Source: an uncultured Verrucomicrobiota bacterium | GTDB lineage: Bacteria; Verrucomicrobiota; Kiritimatiellia; JAAZAB01 | DNA length: 64,000 bases | Reading direction: 5' to 3' | Assembly (NCBI GenBank): GCA_964463985.1 | Contig: CAYXEK010000009.1 | Location: 572-64,571, forward strand | Shown: in pieces, positions 1 through 10,132 of the stretch | Numbering within the stretch: position 1 is the first letter of the stretch | Layout of the letters: each line of letters starts with the position of its first letter | Position numbers and translations under genes: made by a program | The notes under the pieces: model-generated | Seen by the model: the letters and a program-made list of their open reading frames with translations, nothing else | Told to the model about the DNA's origin: nothing | The model's database searches: none

Positions 1-459
1 TCCGCCACGGCCATGACCCTGTGCTGGTTCGCCCTGTCCGCGCTGCCGCCCCGACTGCTGCCGCCGGAGTCAACCGATGCGCGGCTGAACAAGCTGTTGC
101 ATTGGTGGGAAAGCCGGCAATGGCAGTCGCTGCCGAACCGCGAACTGGCGGCGCAGGTCGGCATGCATCCCACCGCCTTCTGCCGCTATTTCCACCGGGT
201 GCTGGGAATGCCGCCGCATACCTTCGGCCTGGTCAAACGGATTGAACGCGCCTGCCTGTTGCTGCACTTTTCCGCGCTCAGCATCGCCCAGATCGCGGAA
301 GCCACGGGATTTTGCGACCGCTATTATTTTACCCGGCAGTTCAGCGAATTGCGCGGGGTCAGCCCGGCAACATTCCGGCGCCAGGGATTCCTGCCGGAAA
401 ATCCGGCAGCCGGAGTCCGCCGGACTTCTCGCGCCGGCGGAGATTTCACATGTGGATAA
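1..459 (+). CDS. AraC-family transcriptional regulator, C-terminal HTH part (5' end cut by the window edge)
   Basis: The ORF is open from position 1 in the frame of the 13..459 ORF. The C-terminal motif 'IAQIAEATGFCDRYYFTRQFSELRGVSPATFRRQ' is a typical AraC/XylS HTH signature. Confidence 0.7.
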   Translation, partial: SATAMTLCWFALSALPPRLLPPESTDARLNKLLHWWESRQWQSLPNRELAAQVGMHPTAFCRYFHRVLGMPPHTFGLVKRIERACLLLHFSALSIAQIAEATGFCDRYYFTRQFSELRGVSPATFRRQGFLPENPAAGVRRTSRAGGDFTCG

Positions 460-589
460 AACGGCCGGGGCCTTGCTTGTTTAAGTTTGGCCGTTTCCGT
501 ATTTCAACAAACGGATTCCCCGGTGCTGCTCCATTCCGCAGCGGCTGCCGGGATTTTGCAATCAAGCCAATATTCCGGCAAATTCCAAT

Positions 590-618
590 TTGCGTCACGG
601 TAAATTTGCTGATATGCT
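590..618 (+). promoter_or_regulatory. putative sigma70-like promoter (TTGCGT-N17-TATGCT) directly upstream of the 626 ATG; the transcript may be leaderless
   Basis: A -35/-10 pair with 17-nt spacing is visible in the AT-richer stretch. The -10 ends 7 nt before the ATG. Confidence 0.2.
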
Positions 619-625
619 GTGATCG

Positions 626-1417
626 ATGAATAATATTATCCCGATCATTATTATTTTTTCCGTTTTGGCGCACAATCTGTCCGGCGCCTGTGTCGGCGTG
701 GTGGTTGCGGACAAGCAATACAGCGATGCGGCCATACTGGTCGAAACCATTCAGGCGCTGGGCCATCAGGCGGAAACCATCCCTGAAGAATATCTGCTCC
801 GCCCCACCGGCCTGGGGCATTACGATTACATGATCCTGGCGCATCGCAGCGGCGCTTTGGCCGAGTCCGGATACAAAATCCTTGCGGCATATGCCGCTGA
901 CGGCGGCACGCTTCTGCTCACGGGGCTGGCCGCCTATTGGATGAAAACGCCCGGCGGCATCAGGGAGCGGACCCAGATTCGCGGCGCAGGCCCATTAAAA
1001 GACGTCGCCGGCGTCCGCATCACCGCACCGCAGGAAATGCCCATCCGGCAATTGATCGTCAGGAAAAAGGCGCCCGCCGTCATGGGATTGCCCGAATCCT
1101 TCGCCTTAAAAACCACAACGCCATACGATATCAATAATCCGTCCGCCTGGCGGTATTGCGGCGGATTCGGCCTTCATGCCGAATCCGCCGCGCCGCTGAT
1201 CATGATGCAGGCGATCAACGCGGAAGGCCGGCCGATTGAAAGTGTTTTCCTGACCGTCAACCAGCACGGAAAAGGCCAATGCTACCGGCTGGCTTTGTGC
1301 CGGATTGTCCCGCTGGTGCTTGAGAAAAAGGAGCAAAACATCACGTTGATTTTACAGAATATTCTGCGGGATGCGGAAGAACCTCGGCCTCTCGCTTTAA
1401 AATCAAAGCCGGAATAA
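626..1417 (+). CDS. hypothetical exported protein with a possible class-I glutamine-amidotransferase-like fold; function unknown
   Basis: ATG start and a hydrophobic N-terminus 'MNNIIPIIIIFSVLAHNLSGA' that looks like a signal peptide. Composition looks coding. No catalytic motif was recognised. Confidence 0.5.
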   Translation: MNNIIPIIIIFSVLAHNLSGACVGVVVADKQYSDAAILVETIQALGHQAETIPEEYLLRPTGLGHYDYMILAHRSGALAESGYKILAAYAADGGTLLLTGLAAYWMKTPGGIRERTQIRGAGPLKDVAGVRITAPQEMPIRQLIVRKKAPAVMGLPESFALKTTTPYDINNPSAWRYCGGFGLHAESAAPLIMMQAINAEGRPIESVFLTVNQHGKGQCYRLALCRIVPLVLEKKEQNITLILQNILRDAEEPRPLALKSKPE

Positions 1418-1620
1418 TTCACCGCGAAAGAGCGCAAAGAACTCAAAGAAAACAAAATATAATAATCTTTGTGCTCTATGCGATCTTTTGTGGATAATCG
1501 TTCCACGTTCTGGAATGATCGGCGGACAAGCCGGAGTAATTCACCGCGAAAGAGCGCAAGGAACACAAAGATAAGGTTATTTTATTACGGGGACGAGCGT
1601 CTACATGAGCTTGTGTTTTG
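1409..1620 (+). repeat. two imperfect direct repeats of about 45 bp (1409-1452 and 1530-1574) sharing an identical 23-nt core, each followed by an inverted complement that can form a long hairpin
   Basis: The core 'taattcaccgcgaaagagcgcaa' appears twice. 'agagcgcaaag' (1431-1441) pairs with 'ctttgtgctct' (1468-1478), and 'gaacacaaag' pairs with 'cttgtgtttt' near 1611. The first copy overlaps the TAA stop of the upstream gene. Confidence 0.5.
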
Positions 1621-1639
1621 TTATTTTGCAGAGAAAATT

Positions 1640-3001
1640 GTGAATATAAGATTTATATTCTTGTTTGCCGCTTTGCTTTTCATGCCTTCCCTGGCTTGCG
1701 CCTGGGGCGGGCCGGAACATTCATCTATTACCGCCGCCGCGGCCGCCGTTTTATCGCCGGCGGCGCTGGCGTTCCTGGGCGCGGAAACCGCCCGACTGAT
1801 CAAGGCTTATTGCAACATGCCGGATTTCAATAATGCCGCCTATTATGGAGTTTGCGCCAAATCCAGCAACGGCCGGGTGCGGACGCCGGACTTGCGCCGC
1901 GACCTGAATGTGCCATATTATTGCGATTATGACAGCCTGACCGGCGCCGGCGAGTATTTCGGGCACGGCCCCGCCATCGCCTTTGCCGGCGCCGCCTTGC
2001 CGCTGCCGGACGAGCATTCCACGGAGATGTTCGAAAACAACCGGTTCTGCGAGGCCGCCGTGTATAAATTCCTGCACAAATCGCAGGCGGCATTCACTCA
2101 AGACCAATATTTTGACGCCATCCGTTTCCTGGGCGTTGCCCTGCATTACCTCCAGGATTGCACCCCGCCCCCCCATGTCATGCGCGTGCCGGACAACGAC
2201 ATGGAACTGCACCACGCCATGGAAGCGATCGAAGACCACGGCCGTATAAACATATCCGGCTATCAACCGCGGATCCTGGGCGGCACCCCGGATGCCGCCA
2301 TGGTTGCCGCCCGAAAGTTGGCAAAAAACATCTCGCTTGAATCCCGCCGCCTGGCGGAGGAAATCCTCGCCCTGATCCAGGCCGGCAAGCGCGCCGCGGC
2401 GTCCTCCAAAACCATTGAAGCCGCAAATCTGGCCGCCCGCGCCGCGGCCGATGTCATCCATACTTTTTTCTCGCTCAACCAGGGCAATTTGCCGCAAATT
2501 CCGGCCGCCCGGCGCGGCGTCAACCTGCTATTCAATCCGTCATTCGACCTGGATGCCAACCGCGATCTGCATCCCGATGGCTGGGTGCGCGAGTGGCATG
2601 ACCTTGCCTGCCCGGATGACATGCATTTCTGGGATCGGGTTTCCACCCGCGGCCGCGGAGCATGCGCCCGGCTATACCGGGTCATCCCCGCCGGCGCCGC
2701 CTGGCGCACCGCGCGCTCGCACGGAATCCCCGTCGAACCCGGCCAGACTTACGAACTTTCGGGAATGATCCGGCCGCAATGCGCCGGCGGTAAAAGTTGC
2801 ATCGCCTTGCGTTTCCAGAACGCGGATTATGACACTGTCGCCGAATTTTGTTCGCCGGAACTGAACGGCAATGCCGTTTGGCGGTCCATCCGGGTGGCCG
2901 GCGCCGCGCCGGCCGGCGCGGCGGATGTCCTGGCCGTATGCCTGTCTTACGACAATCCGGCTTCGGTGCTGTTCGATGATATGCGCCTGGCGCGGCTGTA
3001 A
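1640..3001 (+). CDS. secreted protein: N-terminal zinc-dependent phospholipase C / S1-P1 nuclease-like domain plus a C-terminal CBM4/9-like beta-sandwich
   Basis: The start is probably GTG 1640 (the ORF track begins at 1469). 'VNIRFIFLFAALLFMPSLACA' is a signal peptide followed by 'WGGPEH'. That W-G-x-x-H N-terminus is typical of the PLC/P1 zinc-nuclease superfamily. The C-terminal 'NPSFDLD...W' region looks like a carbohydrate-binding module. Confidence 0.45.
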   Translation: MNIRFIFLFAALLFMPSLACAWGGPEHSSITAAAAAVLSPAALAFLGAETARLIKAYCNMPDFNNAAYYGVCAKSSNGRVRTPDLRRDLNVPYYCDYDSLTGAGEYFGHGPAIAFAGAALPLPDEHSTEMFENNRFCEAAVYKFLHKSQAAFTQDQYFDAIRFLGVALHYLQDCTPPPHVMRVPDNDMELHHAMEAIEDHGRINISGYQPRILGGTPDAAMVAARKLAKNISLESRRLAEEILALIQAGKRAAASSKTIEAANLAARAAADVIHTFFSLNQGNLPQIPAARRGVNLLFNPSFDLDANRDLHPDGWVREWHDLACPDDMHFWDRVSTRGRGACARLYRVIPAGAAWRTARSHGIPVEPGQTYELSGMIRPQCAGGKSCIALRFQNADYDTVAEFCSPELNGNAVWRSIRVAGAAPAGAADVLAVCLSYDNPASVLFDDMRLARL

Positions 3002-3007
3002 TTCTTA

Positions 3008-4570
3008 ATGCACAACCAACCATTCAACTTGACTTCTGATTTCATCGCCGGCGTCAAACTCCGGATCAAGGCGGCGATCATTCCAAAAATGGAAGAAATT
3101 TACGGCCACGCCCAGCCGGTCTTCCGGGAAGCTTTCATGCCCGGATTTAAACAGAATGAAAAGATTGTCTCGTTTTACGATTACGAAGCCTGCGGCCTTT
3201 CGGTGCTGGCGGACCTGGCCGCGGACGGCGGCCACCGCGCACAATCGCTTTTGCGTATTCTTCGGCGCAACATTGACTACTATCGCAATGCCGTGTATGG
3301 ACACGAAGTGCCGGGACACGGAATATGGAAAGTTCCCTTGCGCCGCCTTTTGCTCCACCTGGCCCTGGCTTACCGCGCGCTGGACCGCCGGCTTGACCCG
3401 GAAACACGGCAATGGTTCCATGACACGGTCAACTCGCAGGTTCCGCCGGCAATCGAATTGTGCAAACGGTTTCAGCCCGGATGCCGCGACCTGCATCTTG
3501 TCGGCGGAGTCAACAATCATACCGCCATATTCATGCAGGGCATCTGGCATTGCGGACAGGCATTTCACCGGCCGGACTGGGTCGAACTCACCCGCGAATT
3601 CGCCGAGCGTTTTTATGATTCCGGCCATCCGGACGGTTACTTCGAGGAGCATACCAACGCGGAACGCGAGGGCGGACCGTCTCTGGTATACACGCCGCTG
3701 ACAGCCGGCAGCCTGTTCGATGTGCTGGACGGCCGGAACCGGCCGCGCGATAAATTCATTAAGGCCGGCGACTTCTTCCGGTCGTTCATCAACGAACGCC
3801 GCGAATTGATTCCCATCGCCGATGAACGCACCAATACAACCGTCGCCGGCAGCTGTTACGGCCTGGCGCTGCATTCGCTTACCTCGCGCGGCCGCGCTTT
3901 CATCCGCGAGTCGCTGGCGGACCGGGACTTTTCCGCCGCCCGCGCGGAATGGCTTGCCGTCATATACCACGAACTCGATTTAATGCAAGCGGGACCGGCG
4001 GAGACCCCCGAATACCGCTCCGACGGCAGTTCCCGGATTACCCTGCCGCTCGGCATACTGCGCCGGCATGGATTTACCGCCGGCATTTCCGCCTTGCGCG
4101 CGTTAAACCGCACCCGTACTCCTAATTCAGATTACTCGCTTGACCAGCAGAACATGGTTTACCTGTCGCACCGCGATCGCGGCATCATCCTCACCGGCAT
4201 TAAATCCAAGCGCGATCCGGAATATTCGACCTTCCGGATCGGCGATGACGCTTACACCGTGCGCACCGGAGAATTGAAAATGGGCGATAGCTGGGCCGAA
4301 GCGAAATTGTTTTACGCGGCATTCGCCGGAACCCTGCGCTGGGATATCGGAGCCGGGGCGCGCCTGACTTTGCAGGTTGACGCCGACCAGCCGGTAATCA
4401 CCACGCTGCCCGCCAATGAGATTGCCATGAAATTGATAAGTTCCGCGGTCACTCCCGAACCAGTGGCGCTTAAGGGATTTTCGCCGTACAGCCGGGGAAA
4501 TGCGGCGCCGGATGTTTTCGCCTTGCGGTTCCGGTGGCGGCATGAGCTGAAGATTGAATTCAACTGCTGA
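3008..4570 (+). CDS. heparinase II/III-like or alginate-lyase-like polysaccharide lyase (alpha/alpha toroid plus beta-sandwich)
   Basis: The 520-aa ORF has an 'NNHTAIFMQG' NNH motif and an aromatic-rich C-terminal half typical of PL12/PL15/PL21-type lyases. It lies 7 bp after the upstream gene and has no signal peptide. Confidence 0.45.
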   Translation: MHNQPFNLTSDFIAGVKLRIKAAIIPKMEEIYGHAQPVFREAFMPGFKQNEKIVSFYDYEACGLSVLADLAADGGHRAQSLLRILRRNIDYYRNAVYGHEVPGHGIWKVPLRRLLLHLALAYRALDRRLDPETRQWFHDTVNSQVPPAIELCKRFQPGCRDLHLVGGVNNHTAIFMQGIWHCGQAFHRPDWVELTREFAERFYDSGHPDGYFEEHTNAEREGGPSLVYTPLTAGSLFDVLDGRNRPRDKFIKAGDFFRSFINERRELIPIADERTNTTVAGSCYGLALHSLTSRGRAFIRESLADRDFSAARAEWLAVIYHELDLMQAGPAETPEYRSDGSSRITLPLGILRRHGFTAGISALRALNRTRTPNSDYSLDQQNMVYLSHRDRGIILTGIKSKRDPEYSTFRIGDDAYTVRTGELKMGDSWAEAKLFYAAFAGTLRWDIGAGARLTLQVDADQPVITTLPANEIAMKLISSAVTPEPVALKGFSPYSRGNAAPDVFALRFRWRHELKIEFNC

Positions 4571-4647
4571 GTAAAGGCTTGCCATCATCTTTTTGCCGCC
4601 TTAATTTTATCAAAGCCGAATAAATCGCAGTTACCGGAAGAATTAAC

Positions 4648-7123
4648 ATGAAAATGATCGCTGCTTCCTTGCTCGCTGCGGCTTGCGGATGCGCGTCCAT
4701 CACGGCCGCCCGGGCGCAGACCACCTGGCATGTGGCCCAATCCGGATCGGACAGTTCCCACACCGGAATTACTGGACCAAAGCCTTTGCGACCATCAGCA
4801 ATGCCGTCGGCGCGGAACGCTCCCCGTTCGGTCAATTGCCCCTTTTCCCTGAAATAGTCGCGCCCGGCACCGCGGAACGCGCCGCCGCCGCGAAAATCAA
4901 AATTGTCGTTCCCGACGCCTTGAACGCGGATTTTGATTATCTGCCGGGTTACCAGGCCGGCCAGGAAGCCGCACACATGTACAACGACCATTTCATGTTT
5001 GAACAAAAAGGCGGCACGGCGCTGCTCGCCGACATCGCCACCGAAAAAATCGCGGCGGCGGCCGGGACGGTCGGCGCCGGCCGGGTGGTGTTCAACGGCC
5101 TGTTCGGCGGCCACCCCGCCGGCCTGGCCGCCATCCTGGAAGGTCTGGACCGGGAACTCATGCTCAACACGGTCAAGTGGTGCCTCGCGGGCAAGGGATT
5201 GGTGATTACCGATCCCGCCAAGGCGGAAGTGGCGGAATGGCGGCCGGAAATTACCGGGATGACCGCGGCGCGGAATAAAATCGCCATGATCGGCAGCGCC
5301 GGCTACGATATCCGCAATCGCGTCGTCCCCAAGATCGAACGGAGCGGCCTGGCGGTTGATTTTATTCCGGTGCATTTTCTGAATGTCCGGGATTTGAGTC
5401 CGGATGATTACAAACTGATATTGTTCTTTGCGCCTTTGCCCTGGGAAGAGGAAAATATTCCGGCCGCCACCTTCGAAAAAATTGATCAATTCATTCAAGC
5501 CGGCGGCAAAGCCGTAATTTTTTTACAGGGCGCCATCGGCAAAAAAGTCCAACAGTACCTGCTGGCCCCGGCGGGCATCGCGGTGGCCGGCAAAACGGTC
5601 CGGGACAACCCGGAAAATCTGCGCGCCGTGGAATGGACGGATACGGACGGCCATACATTGCGCGCCAGGGAAATCCCCGACAATTGGTTTACCGCGCTGA
5701 GCGAACCCGAATCAGGCAAGGCAAAAACCGTCGGTTCTGGCTCGACCACCGGGAAAAACGCCACTCGCCGGCCATATTTAAAACCGGCTGCGGTTACATT
5801 GCCAACCTGAATATTTACGGAGATTACCGCCTGTTTCTGGCCGACGCGGCGGCGGCGCTGCTGCCGGAAAGCGCGCCGGATATTTTTCATAAACTGCTGC
5901 AGGAATACGAAACCAACATCAACCAAACCGGCGGCCGCGTATTTTCGGGAGCAGGCCGGAACATGCGGTCCCGCGCCGATGAGTTGCGGCAGATGGCGGC
6001 GGCCGCCGCGGCGGCCGGCGAATTTTCAAAGGCCATTCGTTTTATTCTCCCGGCGGAATCGGAACTGGTTCGCGCTTACGCCGTTTCCATGCCGGCCGTC
6101 CAGGGCGGGGAGCGCATCGTCTTCACCTTTGCGCGGAGCCTGCCCGACCCGGAAATAATCTGCGCGCGGCTGGCCGGCGCCGGGTTCACCGGCGTTGCCG
6201 TCACCCACCTTGAAGGCCATTATCCCAGCAAGCTTTACGGCAAAAATGTTCAGCCGGGAGCCGCGTATGCCGGGGAGGACGATGCTGATTGGATGCAAAA
6301 GTGGGTTGACACCGCCCATAAACACGGCTTGAAAATCGGCCCGTCATTTTCCGCCTTCAGCGTTTATGAGGGTTCGCCGGAATACGCCCGGGCCCTGGAA
6401 GAAGACTGGCGGGTGGTCCCGGGCGGCCTGGTCGGCAAGCCGCCTGCACCGTTCCGCAAATCTCCGCGCCTTGATCCATGCCGTTCGCGCCCGGAAGTGC
6501 CGGATTACGCCATCGACAAAGCGCGGGAAATAATTGAAAAGTATCCGGTGAATTACATTTTTTACGACTATATCCGCTGGTCGGAAACCTGTTATTGCAA
6601 TTATTGCCGGGAGAAATTCCAGCAGGATACCGGCTTGAAAATTGAAAAGTGGCCGGATGACGTCATGGGGCAATACCAGGAAGCCTACAACGACTGGCGC
6701 GCCCGCCCGGTTACCCGGGTGATCCGGACAACCGCGGAAAACATCGCTGCCATCAATCCGAAAATCAAACTGGGCGTCTTCACCTTCCGCGGCAAACGCG
6801 AAGCCTGGGGCAAAGGCCAGTACTGGTGGGAATGGACCAATTACGCCGATTACGTCATGCCCATGATTTATGCTCCCGACAATCAAAAGATGAAAGACCT
6901 TTTCATCGAAATTAACGGCTTGCTGCCCGCCGGCAGCCGGGCGCGGCTTCTGCCGGCATTGGCGCCGCCCGGCGTCAAGGGCGGCAGCGATCTGACCCGT
7001 CTGCAGCAGCTTGACCTGCAGCGCCAATACGCGCCCGCCGGCGTGATGTATTTCGCCTATTACCTGCTTTCCGACGCTTTCCTGGATTTGCTGCGCAGCG
7101 GTCCCTGGCGCGATCGAGATTGA
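4648..7123 (+). pseudogene. one gene broken by two apparent frameshifts: lipoprotein-like signal peptide with a 'SGSDS...WTKAFATISNAV' N-motif, a GATase1-like domain (4683-5810 frame) and a GHL10-like TIM-barrel glycoside-hydrolase-like domain (5633-7123 frame)
   Basis: The three ORFs 4648-4857, 4683-5810 and 5633-7123 sit in different frames and overlap. The secreted-protein N-terminal motif is split at about 4773 ('HTG' in one frame, 'NYWTKAFATI' in the next). The second shift lies at the 'ggcaaggcaaaaacc' A5 run near 5725. 'YDYIRWSE' resembles the GHL10 'DYIRYP' motif. Confidence 0.5.
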
Positions 7124-7129
7124 TATAAA

Positions 7130-7160
7130 CCACAAAAAGTCTTCGCGCAAAAAGACTTCC
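7130..7160 (-). terminator. hairpin AAGTCTT-N8-AAGACTT followed on the minus strand by a T-rich tract; probable terminator of the AAA ATPase gene and possibly bidirectional
   Basis: A perfect 7-bp stem at 7137-7143 / 7152-7158. The minus strand then reads 'tttgtggtttatatca'. Confidence 0.4.
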
Positions 7161-7222
7161 ACCCGACAAACGGGGCGAAATGGTTATCCTACTCTGTGTC
7201 CTGGAGGTTTTGTGTGCGGGAA

Positions 7223-8374
7223 TTATTCCCGTAACAACCGCATCAGTTCCAAAAGACTGATCGCGGTGATACTTTTGGACAATGCATATTGTTCCGCACC
7301 CGGATAAACAATATAAATGTGATCCAGCTTCAGGTCTTCCGAAGCAATCCGCATGGAACGTGTTATAACGGGCGCGCTGGAATATTTAAACTCAATTCCC
7401 AGTCTGGTCATGTCTTTGATATAAAACAAATCCAGTTCCGCTCCGCTCTGAGTAGCCCAAAAATACGCATGCCTATAATTCAAAACTGACAACATGTTTT
7501 CCAGGGCAAAACCTTCCCACGAAGCGCCAAGTTTGGGATGTCCTTCCAGACCATGAAAAGAATCCAGATTTAGCAAGGCATGCAAAATACCGCTGTCGCG
7601 AATATAAACTTTCGGTGATTTCACAATACGTTTTCCGACATTTTCAAACCATGGAACAAGCTGCCGCACCAGATATGCTCCGGACATTATCTCCAAATAA
7701 TGCCGGACGGTGGTATGCGAAACCTGCAGCGATCTGGCAATTTCCGATCCATTCCATGTCTGACCATGGTAATGAGCCAGCATCGTGAGAAAACGACGCA
7801 TGGTGTCAGGCGCCGGATTGTGACCAAATGCCGGCAAATCCCGTTCCAGGAATGTGCGGATAAAATCATTGCGCCACTGAAAACTGTCCTCATCGGAAAG
7901 AGCCGCGAATGAAAGAGGAAATCCGCCGCGCAACCATAATTTACGCATGGAGCCAGCGCCGATTTCCGCAAGATCAAATCCATGCATATCAATGAAGGCG
8001 ACTCGACCGGCCAACGATTCGGAGGTTCCGCGTATAATATCGGGAGATGCGCTGCCCAATAATAAAAATCTGGCAGGCAACGGCTCTCGATCAAGCAATA
8101 CCCGCAAAACCGGCATCAAATCAGGGCGTCGCTGAATCTCATCCAGAACAACCAAACCCTCGCGCAACTCAAGCGCCAGCATTGGATCGGAAAGCCTTGC
8201 CAAGTCAGTTGGATTTTCAAGATCATAATACGCCGATTGATCCGCCGATTTCGAGAAAATGCGCGCCAGCGTAGTTTTGCCGCATTGGCGAGGACCCAAC
8301 AGCACAACACCGCGATTCGATTTCAATAAACCACCAATTTTATCCAACAATAATTGCCTGGGAATATTTTTCAT
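7223..8374 (-). CDS. AAA_14-family ATPase with a C-terminal DUF4143 domain
   Basis: Walker A 'GPRQCGKTT' and Walker B 'LVVLDEIQ' are present. The true start is probably the internal ATG at 8374 ('MKNIPRQLL'). The gene's GC content (about 45-48%) is well below that of its neighbours. Confidence 0.8.
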   Translation of the reverse strand: MKNIPRQLLLDKIGGLLKSNRGVVLLGPRQCGKTTLARIFSKSADQSAYYDLENPTDLARLSDPMLALELREGLVVLDEIQRRPDLMPVLRVLLDREPLPARFLLLGSASPDIIRGTSESLAGRVAFIDMHGFDLAEIGAGSMRKLWLRGGFPLSFAALSDEDSFQWRNDFIRTFLERDLPAFGHNPAPDTMRRFLTMLAHYHGQTWNGSEIARSLQVSHTTVRHYLEIMSGAYLVRQLVPWFENVGKRIVKSPKVYIRDSGILHALLNLDSFHGLEGHPKLGASWEGFALENMLSVLNYRHAYFWATQSGAELDLFYIKDMTRLGIEFKYSSAPVITRSMRIASEDLKLDHIYIVYPGAEQYALSKSITAISLLELMRLLRE

Positions 8375-8632
8375 GCCTTGAATATTGCAACACGGACTTT
8401 CAATATTCAAGCATAAACTTCCTTTGCGCTCCAATCCCAAATTTTGCGCGGAACGGCGGCAAATATTGTCCGGCCCTACCCGCGGCCGGACCGGCTGACG
8501 GCCAAATTCCCCGGCGACCATCCGGAGGATTCATGATCGGCGGAAATATACCTGGCGGCCGATCCGGCCGCCGGCCGGACCGCATTGACAAATACACAGC
8601 GGATTGTAATATTCCCCGCGAAGGAGCGGACT

Positions 8633-10132
8633 ATGTCGCATTTTAACTGCACTACCAGCACGCATGGCCGGCGGCATCTGGAGTTTGAAATAACCTATCC
8701 GCTGGACCGCTCCGCCCGGGGCCGCGAGACCTACCGGATGGATGTCTGGTTTTTCATGCCCCACCCGCTCCAGCACTGGACTGAATTCAACCCGCGCGAT
8801 CAGTTTTTTCACGATTTGATCGCCTACACCAGATTCAAGCCGTTCCCCCTGCCCTTAGGCCTGCTCGCCGATGCCAATGACGATCGCAATCCGCTGAGCC
8901 GGATTCGCAAAATGGCTGCCGGCGCCGGCTTGGAATCCGAGCCAACGCAGAAAAAAATGATTTATGAAATGCGTATGCTGGTCAATGTTTTCCAAAGCCA
9001 GTTCCGGAGCCAATGCGCGCTGATTGATCAAATGGCCGCCGTTAAAAATTTTCCGCCGGAAGACGTGGAATCAGTCTTCCGGCGCCTGTTGGGCGAAATA
9101 TCTTCCATCTTGAAGGCTTTTGCCGAATTGGAACCGCTCATTCTCGCCCCGCACGTTCCTCAAACCGTCCGCAACCATTACCGCTGGACGGATGAATCGC
9201 TGAGCATCCGGGCGGAAAAAAATTTCTACCGGCTTTATCGCTCCCTGGCCAACGCCGGTCTGCTTCCGGAAATGGCGGCGCGGTGCCGCGCGGAAATCGC
9301 CGCGCAAATCGCCCGCCGCGCAAGCCGCCATTATGAAACGGTCGTTGACCCCGGCAATGACCGCACCAACGAGCTGTTCAGTTTCCGCGAGCACCAGTTG
9401 AAAAAATGGGCGGAAAGCGCAATGTACATGACCGTCGCCCGCAGCCGCCTGCCGCAGCAAATGCTCCATCTGTCATTCGGCATCGCGGCCGCCGTGGCCA
9501 TGGCCTTCGCCGTCGCCGCCGCGGTGATCGCCGAAATGTACTTTAACGTGCGCAGTTATCCCTGGGCCATCCTGGCCGTCGCCGCCTACGTGTTCAAGGA
9601 CCGGATCAAGGAATTTTTGCGAGCCTGGTCCCAGCGGCTGCTGCCGCGCCTGGTGGCGGACCGGATGCAGCGCCTGATCAATCCGTACTCCGGCCTCCGC
9701 GCCGGCTTGACGCGCGAACGCGTGCGGATGGTCGCGATGGAACAACTGCCCCTGGAAGTCCGCCGCCTGCGCCACAACCGCCAGCATGCCTACATGGGGC
9801 TGACGCCCGCGGAAGATGTTCTGCACTACCACAAGGAAGTAAAATTCAGCTCGGAACGGCTGCGCGCTTCGGAAAGCCGCCTGACGGCTTTATGCGAAAT
9901 CCTCCGGCTGGACATGCGCCACTGGTTCTACAAGATGGACAAATCGGACGATGACCTGACTTACGTCGAAGGGGACAAGGTCCGGCTGATCAAATCCCGC
10001 CGGGTATACCACATCAACACAATCCTGCGCCTGACCCAAAACGGCAACACCTGCGAACCGCCGGCTTTATATCGTTACCGCGTCGTAGCCGACCGCTCCG
10101 GCATTGTCCGGATCGAGGAAGTGGCGGGATGA
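8633..10132 (+). CDS. hypothetical protein of about 499 aa with two central transmembrane helices and no recognisable domain
   Basis: ATG 8633 is preceded by 'aaggag' with a 6-nt spacer. Two hydrophobic helices ('LHLSFGIAAAVAMAFAVAAAVIA' and 'WAILAVAAYVF') are present. The stop overlaps the next start in ATGA. Confidence 0.6.
   Translation: MSHFNCTTSTHGRRHLEFEITYPLDRSARGRETYRMDVWFFMPHPLQHWTEFNPRDQFFHDLIAYTRFKPFPLPLGLLADANDDRNPLSRIRKMAAGAGLESEPTQKKMIYEMRMLVNVFQSQFRSQCALIDQMAAVKNFPPEDVESVFRRLLGEISSILKAFAELEPLILAPHVPQTVRNHYRWTDESLSIRAEKNFYRLYRSLANAGLLPEMAARCRAEIAAQIARRASRHYETVVDPGNDRTNELFSFREHQLKKWAESAMYMTVARSRLPQQMLHLSFGIAAAVAMAFAVAAAVIAEMYFNVRSYPWAILAVAAYVFKDRIKEFLRAWSQRLLPRLVADRMQRLINPYSGLRAGLTRERVRMVAMEQLPLEVRRLRHNRQHAYMGLTPAEDVLHYHKEVKFSSERLRASESRLTALCEILRLDMRHWFYKMDKSDDDLTYVEGDKVRLIKSRRVYHINTILRLTQNGNTCEPPALYRYRVVADRSGIVRIEEVAG

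Noticed and set aside
3005-3970. 321-aa minus-strand ORF overlapping the heparinase-like gene
   Set aside because: It is antisense to a gene with good domain motifs. Its Arg/Ala/Gly-rich low-complexity translation is typical of spurious ORFs in high-GC DNA.
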